From a virus (lineage: Duplodnaviria; Caudoviricetes): a stretch of DNA of 55,507 nucleotides. Shown piece by piece: positions 46,549 to 55,507 of this stretch (within the stretch, counting starts at the first letter, position 1; every line of letters starts with the position of its first letter). The position numbers were made by a program, and so were the translations under genes. The DNA lies in IMG/VR virus record IMGVR_UViG_3300046004_001044, positions 1-55,507 of that record; one strand, 5' to 3'. Under the pieces are notes generated by a model that was given only the letters and a program-made list of their open reading frames with translations, was not told the origin of the DNA and ran no database searches.

Positions 46549-48190
46549 AAAGCGGTATATTTAATCTGTTTCTTAATTCAATTTGTCTCTGAGGAAGCTG
46601 ATATATCTCATTGGAGATAAAGGTCCCAGACGCATCAATTTTTGTATTCTTTTCAACATGCTCGATTATATGATACACATCAAGAATACTTTCAGCAATA
46701 AATGCCAGTACTCTTTGCTGAGTCATTTCTGGAAGCGTTATTTTCTGATGGTCGGTAAGCCGTCCATGAGGCAGTTTAAGTTCTATTCCAAAAAACAGTG
46801 AGGACTTACTAAAGAATACACTGTTGTCTGGAAGTCCGTTCTTCGAAGCGAAATGGACCCATTGGCCCTTGATAAACGCCTTGCCACTATTTTGTCTCCA
46901 CCAGAAGTATCCAGTTTTCTTAAGAAAGCTATTCACGTCTTCTTGCAAGTCAGACTCAAGCTTATAAACCTTTCCGTCATAAATATCAAGTAAACTTCCA
47001 ATCCGCTTCAAATATATCTGTTTTTCTTCAGATAATACAAGTTTTATTTCATTTCTTTTTTCATTATCCAGATCTAGGCCCAATTGCCTATCAATTACCT
47101 TGGATATTTTCTTCTTGAAAAGCAGCGTCTTACGGTCATCTGGAAGTCCGTGTTCCTCAATGTTTCCAACACAGTCCATAAGAATACAGTCTGGCTTGCC
47201 GTTAGCAATTGACTCTTCCAATGACTGGCCTAGAAGTCTAATGCCACGTCCGCATTCCTGCACGTACTTTCTCCATGACTTTGTAATGGTAGCAAGCACG
47301 ACACACATAACGGTTGGATCATCAAATCCAGCGGTAAGAATCTCAATTGATATAAGTCCTTTCAGTTCTCCAGCAGCATATGCCTCTAGAATCTTCAAAC
47401 GTTTAGCTGGGGACGTGTCTGCTGTTATTATTTCAGTCTGGACTCCCTTTCTGCCGAATGCATCTTTTAAGTCGCTACAGTGCTTCTTATTGACGGCAAA
47501 GCATATAAATTTTCTGTTCTCACAGATTTTAATGTAGTTGTCAACAATGGAGTCATTTATATCGTCCTTATTGATTACTTCCGATAATGACTTCTCATCG
47601 TAATCAGAATCATTTTGCTTGACCTTAGATACATTCACACTCATAGGGCAGAACACTTTGAAAGGTGTAAGCCATCCAAGCTCCATCAAGTCTTTCGTCT
47701 GGAAGTCATCAATTATTGAATCAAATCCTTCAAGAAGAAATCCGCGATCATCTACTGGTGTAGCAGACAGTCCAATAAATATTGCATCTGGAAACTTATC
47801 AAACAGTGATTGAATCAGGTTTGACTCGTATGCATAATGGACCTCATCGACTATTATAATTTTTGGAGGACGTATTTCAGTATTGATTAATGTCTGGATG
47901 GTTGCAACTGTCAGCAGTGATTCTTCCTTGAAGTCTGTACTGTTTCCTTGAAGATAGTTTGGATTAAGCGATTCAAACTTCTTTGCCGACTGCTCGGCAA
48001 GAACTATCCTATGGCTCGTAAATAAGACACCATTTCCTTTTGCAAGGGCGCTTCTAATGATATCAAATGATAGGATTGTCTTGCCGAATGAAGTCGGTGC
48101 AAAAACCAATATCTTCTTGCTTCCTTGACTGATTGCTGTCTTGATTTTATCTCTGACAACAATCTGCGGTGGTCGTAGTTGGTAGGGCAT
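46538..48190 (-). CDS. SF2 (DExH) helicase fused to C-terminal VRR-NUC-like nuclease
   Basis: APTSFGKT, DEVH, SAT, TAGFD, QECGRGIR; then ESDLQ...GLPD...GIELK...RLTDHQK. Confidence 0.85.
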   Translation of the reverse strand: MPYQLRPPQIVVRDKIKTAISQGSKKILVFAPTSFGKTILSFDIIRSALAKGNGVLFTSHRIVLAEQSAKKFESLNPNYLQGNSTDFKEESLLTVATIQTLINTEIRPPKIIIVDEVHYAYESNLIQSLFDKFPDAIFIGLSATPVDDRGFLLEGFDSIIDDFQTKDLMELGWLTPFKVFCPMSVNVSKVKQNDSDYDEKSLSEVINKDDINDSIVDNYIKICENRKFICFAVNKKHCSDLKDAFGRKGVQTEIITADTSPAKRLKILEAYAAGELKGLISIEILTAGFDDPTVMCVVLATITKSWRKYVQECGRGIRLLGQSLEESIANGKPDCILMDCVGNIEEHGLPDDRKTLLFKKKISKVIDRQLGLDLDNEKRNEIKLVLSEEKQIYLKRIGSLLDIYDGKVYKLESDLQEDVNSFLKKTGYFWWRQNSGKAFIKGQWVHFASKNGLPDNSVFFSKSSLFFGIELKLPHGRLTDHQKITLPEMTQQRVLAFIAESILDVYHIIEHVEKNTKIDASGTFISNEIYQLPQRQIELRNRLNIPLYGT

Positions 48191-48534
48191 TAATCGTTTT
48201 GTGGGTTAGTTGGTGACTTTAAATCTTGAATAGCTTCTTGCAGTTCTTTTGGAAGTGATCCAAGAAGATGTAGTACCATGTTGCTCTTTTCCATTTCAAA
48301 CCAATACGGTAGGAACCCAAACTCTTTTGTTGGTGTATATACCTTAGATCCAAGACTATCTATAATCCCCCTTAGTTCTGGAGAATTATATAAGTGAATC
48401 TCTTTTGATTTCCTATTTGAATTTCGGATTGGAATACTATTATTCAGTCTTTCTAAAATTTCTTCAATAGTAATCGGAACTCCATTGTCTAATATTGCTG
48501 CGCCATTAAACGCTATCCCTTGTGTGTATCTCAT
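48190..48534 (-). CDS. Hypothetical protein
   Basis: GAAILDNGVPITIEEILERLN N-terminal motif. Confidence 0.65.
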   Translation of the reverse strand: MRYTQGIAFNGAAILDNGVPITIEEILERLNNSIPIRNSNRKSKEIHLYNSPELRGIIDSLGSKVYTPTKEFGFLPYWFEMEKSNMVLHLLGSLPKELQEAIQDLKSPTNPQND

Positions 48535-48815
48535 AATACCTTTATTGATTTATGCGCGTCAGATAGGTATACTCTACTTCCAGTTTCTGGTTCAATGGAA
48601 GATACAAACACATCCTTGTGCTGATTGATTTCAAACGATTTGGCTTCACCAACTACTTTTCTACCCCCATTAGTAACGACTTCGATGATGTCATCAATAT
48701 TGCATGGCTTATTAGCTTCAATGTATTCAGATCGTAATTCTAACTTTCTTTTTGTTAGTTTGAAATTAGCCTCGCTAATAATTTCTAACTCTTTAATGTA
48801 TTGTTCTTTTGTCAT
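48531..48815 (-). CDS. Hypothetical protein
   Basis: Overlapping array. Confidence 0.65.
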   Translation of the reverse strand: MTKEQYIKELEIISEANFKLTKRKLELRSEYIEANKPCNIDDIIEVVTNGGRKVVGEAKSFEINQHKDVFVSSIEPETGSRVYLSDAHKSIKVL

Positions 48816-48817
48816 GA

Positions 48818-49042
48818 TTAATCGTTTTTAAGTGTTACTGAACCATCGAATGGTCTGAATGAATTTTTAAGAAAATCAACTACATACATACCTGTTCTAA
48901 TATCTACCGCACAAAAAGACCTTTCGTTTAATGCGTACTTCTGTTCTTTAGTAACCATAACGATAAGGTCTCCATTAACAACTAATTGTGGGTTTTCCCA
49001 ATCAATTGATTTTTGCTTAGGAACTACTACTTCTACTTTCAT
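48818..49042 (-). CDS. Hypothetical protein
   Basis: 74 aa, ends F.PFDGSVTLKN. Confidence 0.65.
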   Translation of the reverse strand: MKVEVVVPKQKSIDWENPQLVVNGDLIVMVTKEQKYALNERSFCAVDIRTGMYVVDFLKNSFRPFDGSVTLKND

Positions 49043-49054
49043 GCTTCTTTTGAT

Positions 49055-49270
49055 TTAAAGGCTAGGTCTATGAATTGATTTAACAGTCATAGTTCCGTTA
49101 GTATGTTTTGTAAATATATCTCCTTTATTTGGTAAATGTGTATCACCATTTGCTAACTTAATAAAACTACCCACAACTGAAACACCATCTCTTTGTTCTT
49201 TTTCAATGTTATCTTTGAAAAATTCTTGAGCTTCTTGACTCATGTATCCTTCATATACAAATTCTTCCAT
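49055..49270 (-). CDS. Hypothetical protein
   Basis: Start placed at ATG 49270 (MEEFVYEG). Confidence 0.6.
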   Translation of the reverse strand: MEEFVYEGYMSQEAQEFFKDNIEKEQRDGVSVVGSFIKLANGDTHLPNKGDIFTKHTNGTMTVKSIHRPSL

Positions 49271-49298
49271 CTTATTCTGATTTAAAGGTTTTGTTGTA

Positions 49299-49475
49299 TT
49301 AATTAGCAAACTCATCACCGTGTCCATGGTCTATTATAGCAAATTGTCCATGGTTATAAAACTTCTCTAGCTGTTGCTTCTCCATTTCTTTGGCTTTATT
49401 AACAATATCCGTCGGAACAAGTAGTTCTTCAAGTCCTAATTGGTTTAATAACCATTCCACTGCTGTCTTTTCCAT
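49299..49475 (-). CDS. Small TAVEWL-family phage protein (not in ORF track), with possible premature stop
   Basis: MEKTAVEWL...KAKEMEKQQ...EFAN*YNKTFKSE*. Confidence 0.65.
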   Translation of the reverse strand: MEKTAVEWLLNQLGLEELLVPTDIVNKAKEMEKQQLEKFYNHGQFAIIDHGHGDEFAN

Positions 49476-49476
49476 C

Positions 49477-51840
49477 TTAAAATAATTTAGTTTGTTTTTC
49501 TTTACTCGTAAATCTTATCATCTTACCATTCGATCCTCGACGATCCACATACGGCTCTCCGTACTTGAATATCGCATACTTATTAAGCCAGTCATAGAAC
49601 GTTCGATGAGGTAGCTTGTACTTACCAAACTGACCAAAATCTGGATAGTTAGTAGTAAATTCATTCATCACATCCTGACCAATCAAATCACAGTTCGGCA
49701 GTAAGAACGGACGCGCATCATTACTCGTAACCCACTCTCTGAACTCGTATGATGTGGATGATTCAAGCTTTCTTAACTCCAAGTTTTTAAACTCCGCTTC
49801 AATAAATCCTTTAGTCAGATATGTCTGAAGGCAGTAAAGCATGTAATTATCAAACTTAAGATACTCCTCATCCGTCCAGTCATTGAATAATGTATGTCCG
49901 AATTCCTTGAATGGTGTGAAGTCTTTGTTGTAGTACTGAGCGAACTCCAATTCCCATTTACGTCTTTCGAATGAATTTCCTTCACCCTTGACGGCATAAT
50001 TGGTAGATATAATCATCTTTGGAGAATCCTTGAACTCGATGTATATCTCCTGCTGGTTTTTCTTTTCTACAGTTATACCGTCAGTACTGATTGAAAACAG
50101 TTTTTCAAGATTGAATGTCTTCTCGATATCTTGGAATGTCAATACCTGAGTGTCTGTATTTACCCTCTGATAATTAAAATTCTTTGATGCAGTGAATGAC
50201 TTCCCATCAATAGTCACATTGTTTTTCATCTTACTGATGGCGTGTATAAAGATCCCCTTACCTGTACCACCTTCTGGCTTTGATGATATCGACTCGTCAT
50301 TAAGTATGACTATCGGACAGTAATCAGCTGGTTTGTATGAGTGGAGAAGGAATCCAATAGTTGATTCCATCGATTTCATACGCACGTCATCATTTCCAGA
50401 TACATTTCGAATAAACTGTCTGAATTCACAATCATGAAACTCTACTACCTTGAAGTCACGATTGATAATCTGCTTGGACCAAACATTGCCTTCAAGATTA
50501 TTGTAGGCTATCGGCTCAATTTTGTCCTTATAGACACGTATCGCACAGTTATTGTAGTAGATATTCGCGCTGTCAATCCTGTCTTTAAGTATGACTGGAT
50601 CTGCATTTTCCAAGAAGCCAAGGAATCTTTCCTCACCCATCTTGGTTTTCTCTGCATACGCATCATCGATTGATCGGTCCTCAATATCATTCAGATATCC
50701 GAATACGAAATCTCGTATCTGATTATCTGATACTGGAGTCATGATGTTGTCAATGATCCTTACAAATATAAATCTCTCATTACTTCCGTGGTAGTATTTA
50801 TAAAACCCGTTGTCTGTTAAGAAATCCCTGTATTTGTGATTGATAAACTTCACAACTCCCTTATCTGTCTTAAACCAGAAGTCATCTCCGACAATAACTG
50901 TATCGCGAATCTGTCGAATGATTTCATCCGTAACTGTTGGATGCATGAGTTTTATCTCATCAACTGGGACCGATCTTACAATCATCTCAGCAACACTACT
51001 TACCTTCTCATTGTCCTCAAATTGTTTGGTGCCGAACTTTTCAACTGATGCATATGCTGAGTCAACTGTCTGTTTGATCTCTTCTTCTGGAAAATCATGC
51101 GCCTCATACTCCATGCATGCATTAAGAGCATCCGCTTTTTGGATGCCGTAATCATTGAATGATGCAGCGAGTACAAACAGGTTGTGATTCCTGCTTCCAG
51201 ACACCATGCCGAAGTCTTTCTGCCACCAAGTTTTAAGTATTTTGATCGCCTTATCCTCGTCCTCAATTGGGAACATGGTTTTGACTTTCTCTTTTACTGG
51301 TTCGATATACTGCTCTGTCCAAGTACTTGCTGCTGGATTGATGAATACATTCGGATCATATGACTCATATGTGATCCTAGATATATTCGAGCATGACTTA
51401 TCAAAGTTTGGACTGTTGTAATATTTTTCTATTGCCTTGAAGTACTTCTTGTATTCCTCCTTGGTGCACATCGGAATCTTGACTAAAATTTTAAGTCCAT
51501 TTCCACTTGGAGATAGGAATAAATAACTGGTGTAGTCATCCATTTCTAGCTCAAATCTCTTTATGTCTAACTTCTCATCTGACTCGAAATCATCAAAGTC
51601 TATTGACATGTATCCGCTTGATTCGGTCAGTGCGTCATCCTCTCTGGACGAAAACTTTCCACCGAAACATACTGCGGGTAATTTCTTTTTGATTTTATTT
51701 CTTTCTTCTTTATTGGAGCTAAGTCTTATGCTCTCACATATTGCCTTAGACTCCCCATTTTTAATTCGTTCAATGGCACTTTCTACTGATATGTAATATG
51801 GTTTCTGTGTGTCATTTAATGTTTTAAATATAGTGATCAT
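49477..51840 (-). CDS. Primase-helicase (BT4734/VirE_N-like + PriCT + P-loop helicase)
   Basis: KKKLPAV.F.G.F, IDFD, SPSGNGLK, GSRN..LF (PriCT), Walker A GGTGKG, ISTNY, SFERR. Confidence 0.85.
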   Translation of the reverse strand: MITIFKTLNDTQKPYYISVESAIERIKNGESKAICESIRLSSNKEERNKIKKKLPAVCFGGKFSSREDDALTESSGYMSIDFDDFESDEKLDIKRFELEMDDYTSYLFLSPSGNGLKILVKIPMCTKEEYKKYFKAIEKYYNSPNFDKSCSNISRITYESYDPNVFINPAASTWTEQYIEPVKEKVKTMFPIEDEDKAIKILKTWWQKDFGMVSGSRNHNLFVLAASFNDYGIQKADALNACMEYEAHDFPEEEIKQTVDSAYASVEKFGTKQFEDNEKVSSVAEMIVRSVPVDEIKLMHPTVTDEIIRQIRDTVIVGDDFWFKTDKGVVKFINHKYRDFLTDNGFYKYYHGSNERFIFVRIIDNIMTPVSDNQIRDFVFGYLNDIEDRSIDDAYAEKTKMGEERFLGFLENADPVILKDRIDSANIYYNNCAIRVYKDKIEPIAYNNLEGNVWSKQIINRDFKVVEFHDCEFRQFIRNVSGNDDVRMKSMESTIGFLLHSYKPADYCPIVILNDESISSKPEGGTGKGIFIHAISKMKNNVTIDGKSFTASKNFNYQRVNTDTQVLTFQDIEKTFNLEKLFSISTDGITVEKKNQQEIYIEFKDSPKMIISTNYAVKGEGNSFERRKWELEFAQYYNKDFTPFKEFGHTLFNDWTDEEYLKFDNYMLYCLQTYLTKGFIEAEFKNLELRKLESSTSYEFREWVTSNDARPFLLPNCDLIGQDVMNEFTTNYPDFGQFGKYKLPHRTFYDWLNKYAIFKYGEPYVDRRGSNGKMIRFTSKEKQTKLF

Positions 51841-51850
51841 ATGGCTTGTG

Positions 51851-51881
51851 ATAAATAAGGGCAGACTGAATGCCTGCCCTA
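51851..51881 (-). terminator. Possible terminator/attenuator hairpin upstream of primase
   Basis: AGGGCAG-9 nt-CTGCCCT with short T-rich tail on - strand. Confidence 0.5.
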
Positions 51882-51904
51882 TGTGTTAGTTAACTTGCTG
51901 GTAA

Positions 51905-52264
51905 TTAAAACGGAAGCGGCTCTCCGTCTTCGTTTGTAACCACAGATGGAGCTGATGCGCTATTTGCTTGTGATCCTACTCCACCAATTACTTCAACTCT
52001 CCATCCGTCAAGTGTATTGAAGTACTTCTCTTCTCCTTGAGGTGATGTCCATAATCTTCCTCGGAGATTCCATGATACTTCAACTTCTTGCCCTTCCATG
52101 ATACCATCTAAGTGAGATGTTTTATCTTTGGCGAATTCGAACGAAATATCTTGTGGATACATACTTGATGCGTCAGTAATTACCAATTCTCTCTTAGAAA
52201 ATTTCTCAGACACTTGGATAGTTTCTCCAACTTTCTTTACTACTCCTGTTAATTTAAAACTCAT
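51905..52264 (-). CDS. DUF3127-family single-stranded DNA-binding-like protein
   Basis: FSKRELV...YPQ.I.F...V.WNLRGR.W...YFN.L.GW, acidic tail ending PLPF. Confidence 0.8.
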   Translation of the reverse strand: MSFKLTGVVKKVGETIQVSEKFSKRELVITDASSMYPQDISFEFAKDKTSHLDGIMEGQEVEVSWNLRGRLWTSPQGEEKYFNTLDGWRVEVIGGVGSQANSASAPSVVTNEDGEPLPF

Positions 52265-52809
52265 TTGATTTGATTTTTATTGTTTATATTAGTTATTCTT
52301 TTTGATATAGCTGCGATACTCAATCCGAATTCAAGACTGATTGATTTTAGCGTTTCTCCATTATTAAATCTAATGAATGCGTCTAATTCTTGTGCGTCAG
52401 TTATTTTTGAATTATGATGTTTCTCACCGCTATTTAATTTTATTAAGTTGTTCTTATAAGCATGAATTATGTTTTCTCTATTGGATGCCCATTCTAAATT
52501 TAGAAAGTTATTATCTAGCTTTATACCGTTTTTATGGTTTACTTGATCTTTATTTTCTGGATTCGGTACAAATGCTTTAGCGACAAGTCTATGTACGCCA
52601 GTATTGTATCCAGAACCATTTTTACGAAGACATACTTGACGATATCCTTTTTTAGATACTTGAAGTTTGAGAGTTCTGCCTATTTGTATCCTGCATCTAC
52701 TATCTTTCATTTTAACATCATGATCTAAGGATTTAACAATGCCATTGCTAGAAACCATATAAATTCCTTCATAACCAACAACATCTCTCCATTCTTCATG
52801 CTCAATCAT
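52261..52809 (-). CDS. NUMOD4-HNH homing endonuclease
   Basis: EEWRDVVGYEGIYMVSSNG, VHRLVA.AF, VNHKNG.K.DN...NLEW. Confidence 0.92.
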   Translation of the reverse strand: MIEHEEWRDVVGYEGIYMVSSNGIVKSLDHDVKMKDSRCRIQIGRTLKLQVSKKGYRQVCLRKNGSGYNTGVHRLVAKAFVPNPENKDQVNHKNGIKLDNNFLNLEWASNRENIIHAYKNNLIKLNSGEKHHNSKITDAQELDAFIRFNNGETLKSISLEFGLSIAAISKRITNINNKNQIK

Positions 52810-52811
52810 AA

Positions 52812-53621
52812 CTACTTATTTTTGGCAATTAATTTATTATAATATTCCTCTGCATATTTAAGCGCTGCAGTGGTTCTGCGCTCTATTTTCGCGATGTCGT
52901 CATCCGTCAGTGTGTACTCGGCAAATGTAATCCTTAATTTCGGATCCAAGTCATCCATGTAGTGTAGCGAATCATCCTCCCAGTCTGGAACAAGTCCTTC
53001 TGGTGTGGATACCAACACATACACAAGTTTGAATGTACGCCAGTCAGTCGTACCTGACTGCTTGTTTTTAAGATACAGATACATTTTACCCTGCCATTCG
53101 TAAGTTGAGTTAGATATCTTCTCAGGAAGCTTAGGAAATGTATCTTTATTCCATGAGCACTTGATGTCAATAATCTGCTTCTCAACTTCATCCTCGATGT
53201 CTGGATGACCTCCGTGCGGACCGTGCAAAAGTTCTGACTCAGACTTTACAAAGTCACGCATCCATAATGAATTCAAGATTTCAATCCCTTCATCCTCTAC
53301 AGTAGTACCTTTCTCCATTTCTTTATTGGACAGTGTAGTCTTGTAGTTATAAACGATTCGATCAACTAATCCCTCAACATATGTTTTGGCTCCAGCTCCT
53401 AGTTCAATCAGTCCAGCATCAACTGATGTTTGGATTTTTTGAAGTCGATTCATTTCTTCCTTCATGTTGTCAGTCAGATCTTTAGCCTTGTCCTCTCCAT
53501 TCTTGAATGCCTTTAGTCTTGCAATGTGCCCGTCAAGTGTTGCTTTCTGTGCTGCTGTTAGCCCGTCATCTCCTAGAAATAACGGTGCTGATGATGAGGC
53601 TCTAAACTTTAGGTTTAACAT
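52812..53621 (-). CDS. PD-(D/E)xK exonuclease (lambda Exo/YqaJ-like)
   Basis: FRASS, KG...E, GHPD, IDIKCSW, YEWQ...Y. Confidence 0.8.
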   Translation of the reverse strand: MLNLKFRASSSAPLFLGDDGLTAAQKATLDGHIARLKAFKNGEDKAKDLTDNMKEEMNRLQKIQTSVDAGLIELGAGAKTYVEGLVDRIVYNYKTTLSNKEMEKGTTVEDEGIEILNSLWMRDFVKSESELLHGPHGGHPDIEDEVEKQIIDIKCSWNKDTFPKLPEKISNSTYEWQGKMYLYLKNKQSGTTDWRTFKLVYVLVSTPEGLVPDWEDDSLHYMDDLDPKLRITFAEYTLTDDDIAKIERRTTAALKYAEEYYNKLIAKNK

Positions 53622-54102
53622 CTTTCAGTGTTTTTTCTTGGTCTGGAGTAAGTGATCGAATAGACTTAATCTTTTCGAATGTAGTCTTGCCTTGTTCGAT
53701 CTGAGAAATTGCTGCAGCTAGTCCATCAGCTGGGATTGGAGGAAGTTTTGGAGCAGGTGCTGGACGTGTTGAGAAACGTAACGCATCGACCATTTCACCT
53801 CTGAATTTCTCCTTCTCTACGGTAAGTAGTACTTGCTTTCCAATGTACGCTGCATAATCAATTGTTCCAAACAACTTCTCAAGTCGAGTGAAGTTTTTGA
53901 TTTGCATTACCATTGGTTTTACAAACTCCTTGAATTTAACGAACGGCTTGTCTTCTGTGCCGCCTTGAGATGTGAATTCTCCAACGTAGATTTTCTCAAT
54001 TGTCACAGTCATGTTTTTGTACTTTCCGTTCTCTTCCAAATCCCACGAGCCAAGATACTTTTGATTCTGGATTAATGTTCTCCAGTGTTTTTGTTCTGAC
54101 AT
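53602..54102 (-). CDS. Putative recombination / ssDNA-binding partner protein
   Basis: HWR...YLGSWDL N-terminus; upstream of exonuclease and SSB; function inferred from position. Confidence 0.45.
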   Translation of the reverse strand: MSEQKHWRTLIQNQKYLGSWDLEENGKYKNMTVTIEKIYVGEFTSQGGTEDKPFVKFKEFVKPMVMQIKNFTRLEKLFGTIDYAAYIGKQVLLTVEKEKFRGEMVDALRFSTRPAPAPKLPPIPADGLAAAISQIEQGKTTFEKIKSIRSLTPDQEKTLKDVKPKV

Positions 54103-54111
54103 ATTTAAATT

Positions 54112-54507
54112 TTAATTGGTTGCAAACTTAGATAAATTTTTTGACAATTCCTTGTATCGAAGAATTTTTTCTTCCAAAACATTTCTTCTGTCAATAAGTT
54201 CATCATGATTTTTCATATGCTTGATGAGGTAATTGCACTTCTCAAGCTTTGATTCTAAGGTGTTGATACATACGTTATAACATCCTTCAAGCCAGCCTTT
54301 AGTCTCGAATATATTGTACTCATGACTTGATACCTCCTTATAGAAGTCTCCAGCTAGCATGCAGTTCTTTATGGTGATACTTCCGTCACGCATTTTTTCA
54401 ATCCTGACTCCATGATCGATGTAATACTCACTGGACTTATTTTCACTCGTCCCGTAATGATACAGCGTTATATTTGGATCAGACTCTAACTGTTGCCATG
54501 CTTTCAT
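54112..54507 (-). CDS. Hypothetical protein
   Basis: 131-aa ORF, ATGA overlap. Confidence 0.7.
   Translation of the reverse strand: MKAWQQLESDPNITLYHYGTSENKSSEYYIDHGVRIEKMRDGSITIKNCMLAGDFYKEVSSHEYNIFETKGWLEGCYNVCINTLESKLEKCNYLIKHMKNHDELIDRRNVLEEKILRYKELSKNLSKFATN
54123..54130 (-). promoter_or_regulatory. -7 promoter element (TAAGTTTG) for recombination/replication genes
   Basis: Consensus match about 20 nt before ATG 54102. Confidence 0.5.
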
Positions 54508-55507
54508 GATTTGAAATTTACAAGTTTTTTAAATCGCTCAAGTCCATATGCGTTTGTTTTTTCAAGTATTGGAATTAACTCATCAGCACGATAAGATTCT
54601 TCAACCATGTTATTTCTTTGCATCCAGTCTTTAACACCTAATTCACACGCGCCAGTTATCAATCTGTAATAATTGATTGTAATGATTGTGTCAGCATTGA
54701 TTGGTTCGTTTTTTAGTTTTTCAGAAACTAATTTAAAGTTCAAGTCATCAATTGATTTTTTGACTGTTTCTCCATGTGCTGTGAAATTATCTTTTTGAGC
54801 AATGAAACCATGAGACCATAAAACCTTGTTATCTGATATTTTTAATTGATAAAATCCTGAATAGATTTTAATTCCTTTGGTTGTTTTTGTGTTTTCAACT
54901 AAAAACATTACACAATCAAAACGCACAACATCGTATTTTTTCTTATCAATAACAGCAATGTTATTGTTAATTGTAAGTGCAGGAGCCGTGAATGTAGCGC
55001 CCTCTTGAACATCAACGTAACCCGATACTTCGGTAAGTGCAGGAGCCGTGAATGTAGCGCCCTCTTGAACATAAACGTAACCCGATTTTGTAAGTGCAGG
55101 AGCCGTGAATGTAGCGCCCTGACGAACATAAACGGAACCCGATTTTGTAAGTGCAGGAGCCGTGAATATAGCGCCCTGACGAACATCAACGTAACCCGAT
55201 ACTTCGGTAAGTGCAGGAGCCGTGAATGTAGCGCCCTCTTGAACATCAACGGAACCCGATTTTGTAAGTGCAGGAGCCGTGAATGTAGCGCCCTGACGAA
55301 CATCAACGTAACCCGATACTTCGGTAAGTGCAGGAGCCGTGAATGTAGCGCCCTGACGAACATCAACGGAACCCGATTTTGTAAGTGCAGGAGCCGTGAA
55401 TGTAGCGCCCTGACGAACATAAACGGAACCCGATACTTCGGTAAGTGCAGGAGCCGTGAATGTAGCGCCCTGACGAACATAAACGGAACCCGATACTTCG
55501 GTAAGTG
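54504..55507 (-). CDS. Tandem-repeat (beta-solenoid/LRR-like) protein with C-terminal AHG...YRLITGAC domain; 5' end outside window
   Basis: The 54504-54926 frame stays open to the window end and reads (TEV/TK)SG(Y/S)V(D/Y)V(QE/RQ)GATFTAPAL repeats. Confidence 0.85.
   Translation of the reverse strand, partial: LTEVSGSVYVRQGATFTAPALTEVSGSVYVRQGATFTAPALTKSGSVDVRQGATFTAPALTEVSGYVDVRQGATFTAPALTKSGSVDVQEGATFTAPALTEVSGYVDVRQGAIFTAPALTKSGSVYVRQGATFTAPALTKSGYVYVQEGATFTAPALTEVSGYVDVQEGATFTAPALTINNNIAVIDKKKYDVVRFDCVMFLVENTKTTKGIKIYSGFYQLKISDNKVLWSHGFIAQKDNFTAHGETVKKSIDDLNFKLVSEKLKNEPINADTIITINYYRLITGACELGVKDWMQRNNMVEESYRADELIPILEKTNAYGLERFKKLVNFKS
54973..55507 (-). repeat. Tandem 57/60-bp coding repeat, 9 full units plus partial
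   Basis: Units start on + strand at 54973, 55033, 55090, 55147, 55207, 55264, 55324, 55381, 55441, 55501 with GTAAGTG(CAGGAGCCGTGAAT). Confidence 0.97.

Noticed and set aside
52261-52809. Intron- or intein-associated endonuclease
   Set aside because: Free-standing between intact exonuclease and SSB-like genes; no interrupted gene seen
54908-55480. ORF-track protein MFVRALHSRLLHL... (190 aa)
   Set aside because: Shadow frame of the repeat; another frame is open to the window end and continuous with the C-terminal domain at 54504-54926
54973-55507. CRISPR array
   Set aside because: No unique spacers; units are 57/60 bp (multiples of 3), contiguous and protein-coding; no cas genes
54504-55507. 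Diversity-generating retroelement
   Set aside because: No reverse transcriptase in the window; variation is biallelic, includes an indel and is not adenine-specific
1-55507. Stop-codon reassignment as in some crAss-like phages
   Set aside because: Long genes are intact in code 11 and TAG/TGA occur at sensible gene ends; the single odd TAA at 49299 is isolated

Overview
The window is most of the genome of a lytic, podovirus-like tailed phage, very probably infecting Bacteroidota (Flavobacteriia-like). Host inference rests on recurrent TAnnTTTG promoter elements, no Shine-Dalgarno motifs, and DUF3127- and BT4734/VirE_N-type genes. The + strand (1-40886) carries small accessory ORFs, groEL-groES, a putative fibre/decoration module, a lysis cassette (holin-like, u-spanin-like, TIGR02594/NlpC-type endolysin), a tandem GroES-like gene, terminase, portal, scaffold, major capsid, ring and muzzle tail proteins, and three probable ejection proteins, the last 2765 aa. 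The - strand (41019-55507) carries a metallophosphoesterase, an NAD-rebuilding (NARP1-like) operon with an extra HAD gene, an SF2 helicase/VRR-NUC fusion, primase-helicase, SSB-like protein, HNH endonuclease, exonuclease and a tandem-repeat protein cut by the window end. The best candidate for an undescribed system is a cassette inside the split muzzle gene. It pairs a Cys-rich virion protein whose domains are joined by poly-Thr (mucin-like) linkers with a translationally coupled GT-A enzyme showing motifs of protein O-glycosyltransferases (plant GT96/GT95), suggesting phage-encoded O-glycosylation of a virion appendage. Other highlights are a probable A10 slippage site with a dual-coded frame at the start of the giant gene, combinatorially shuffled 57/60-bp repeats, and two candidate structured RNAs. 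All product calls come from motif recognition by eye; no database searches were run.
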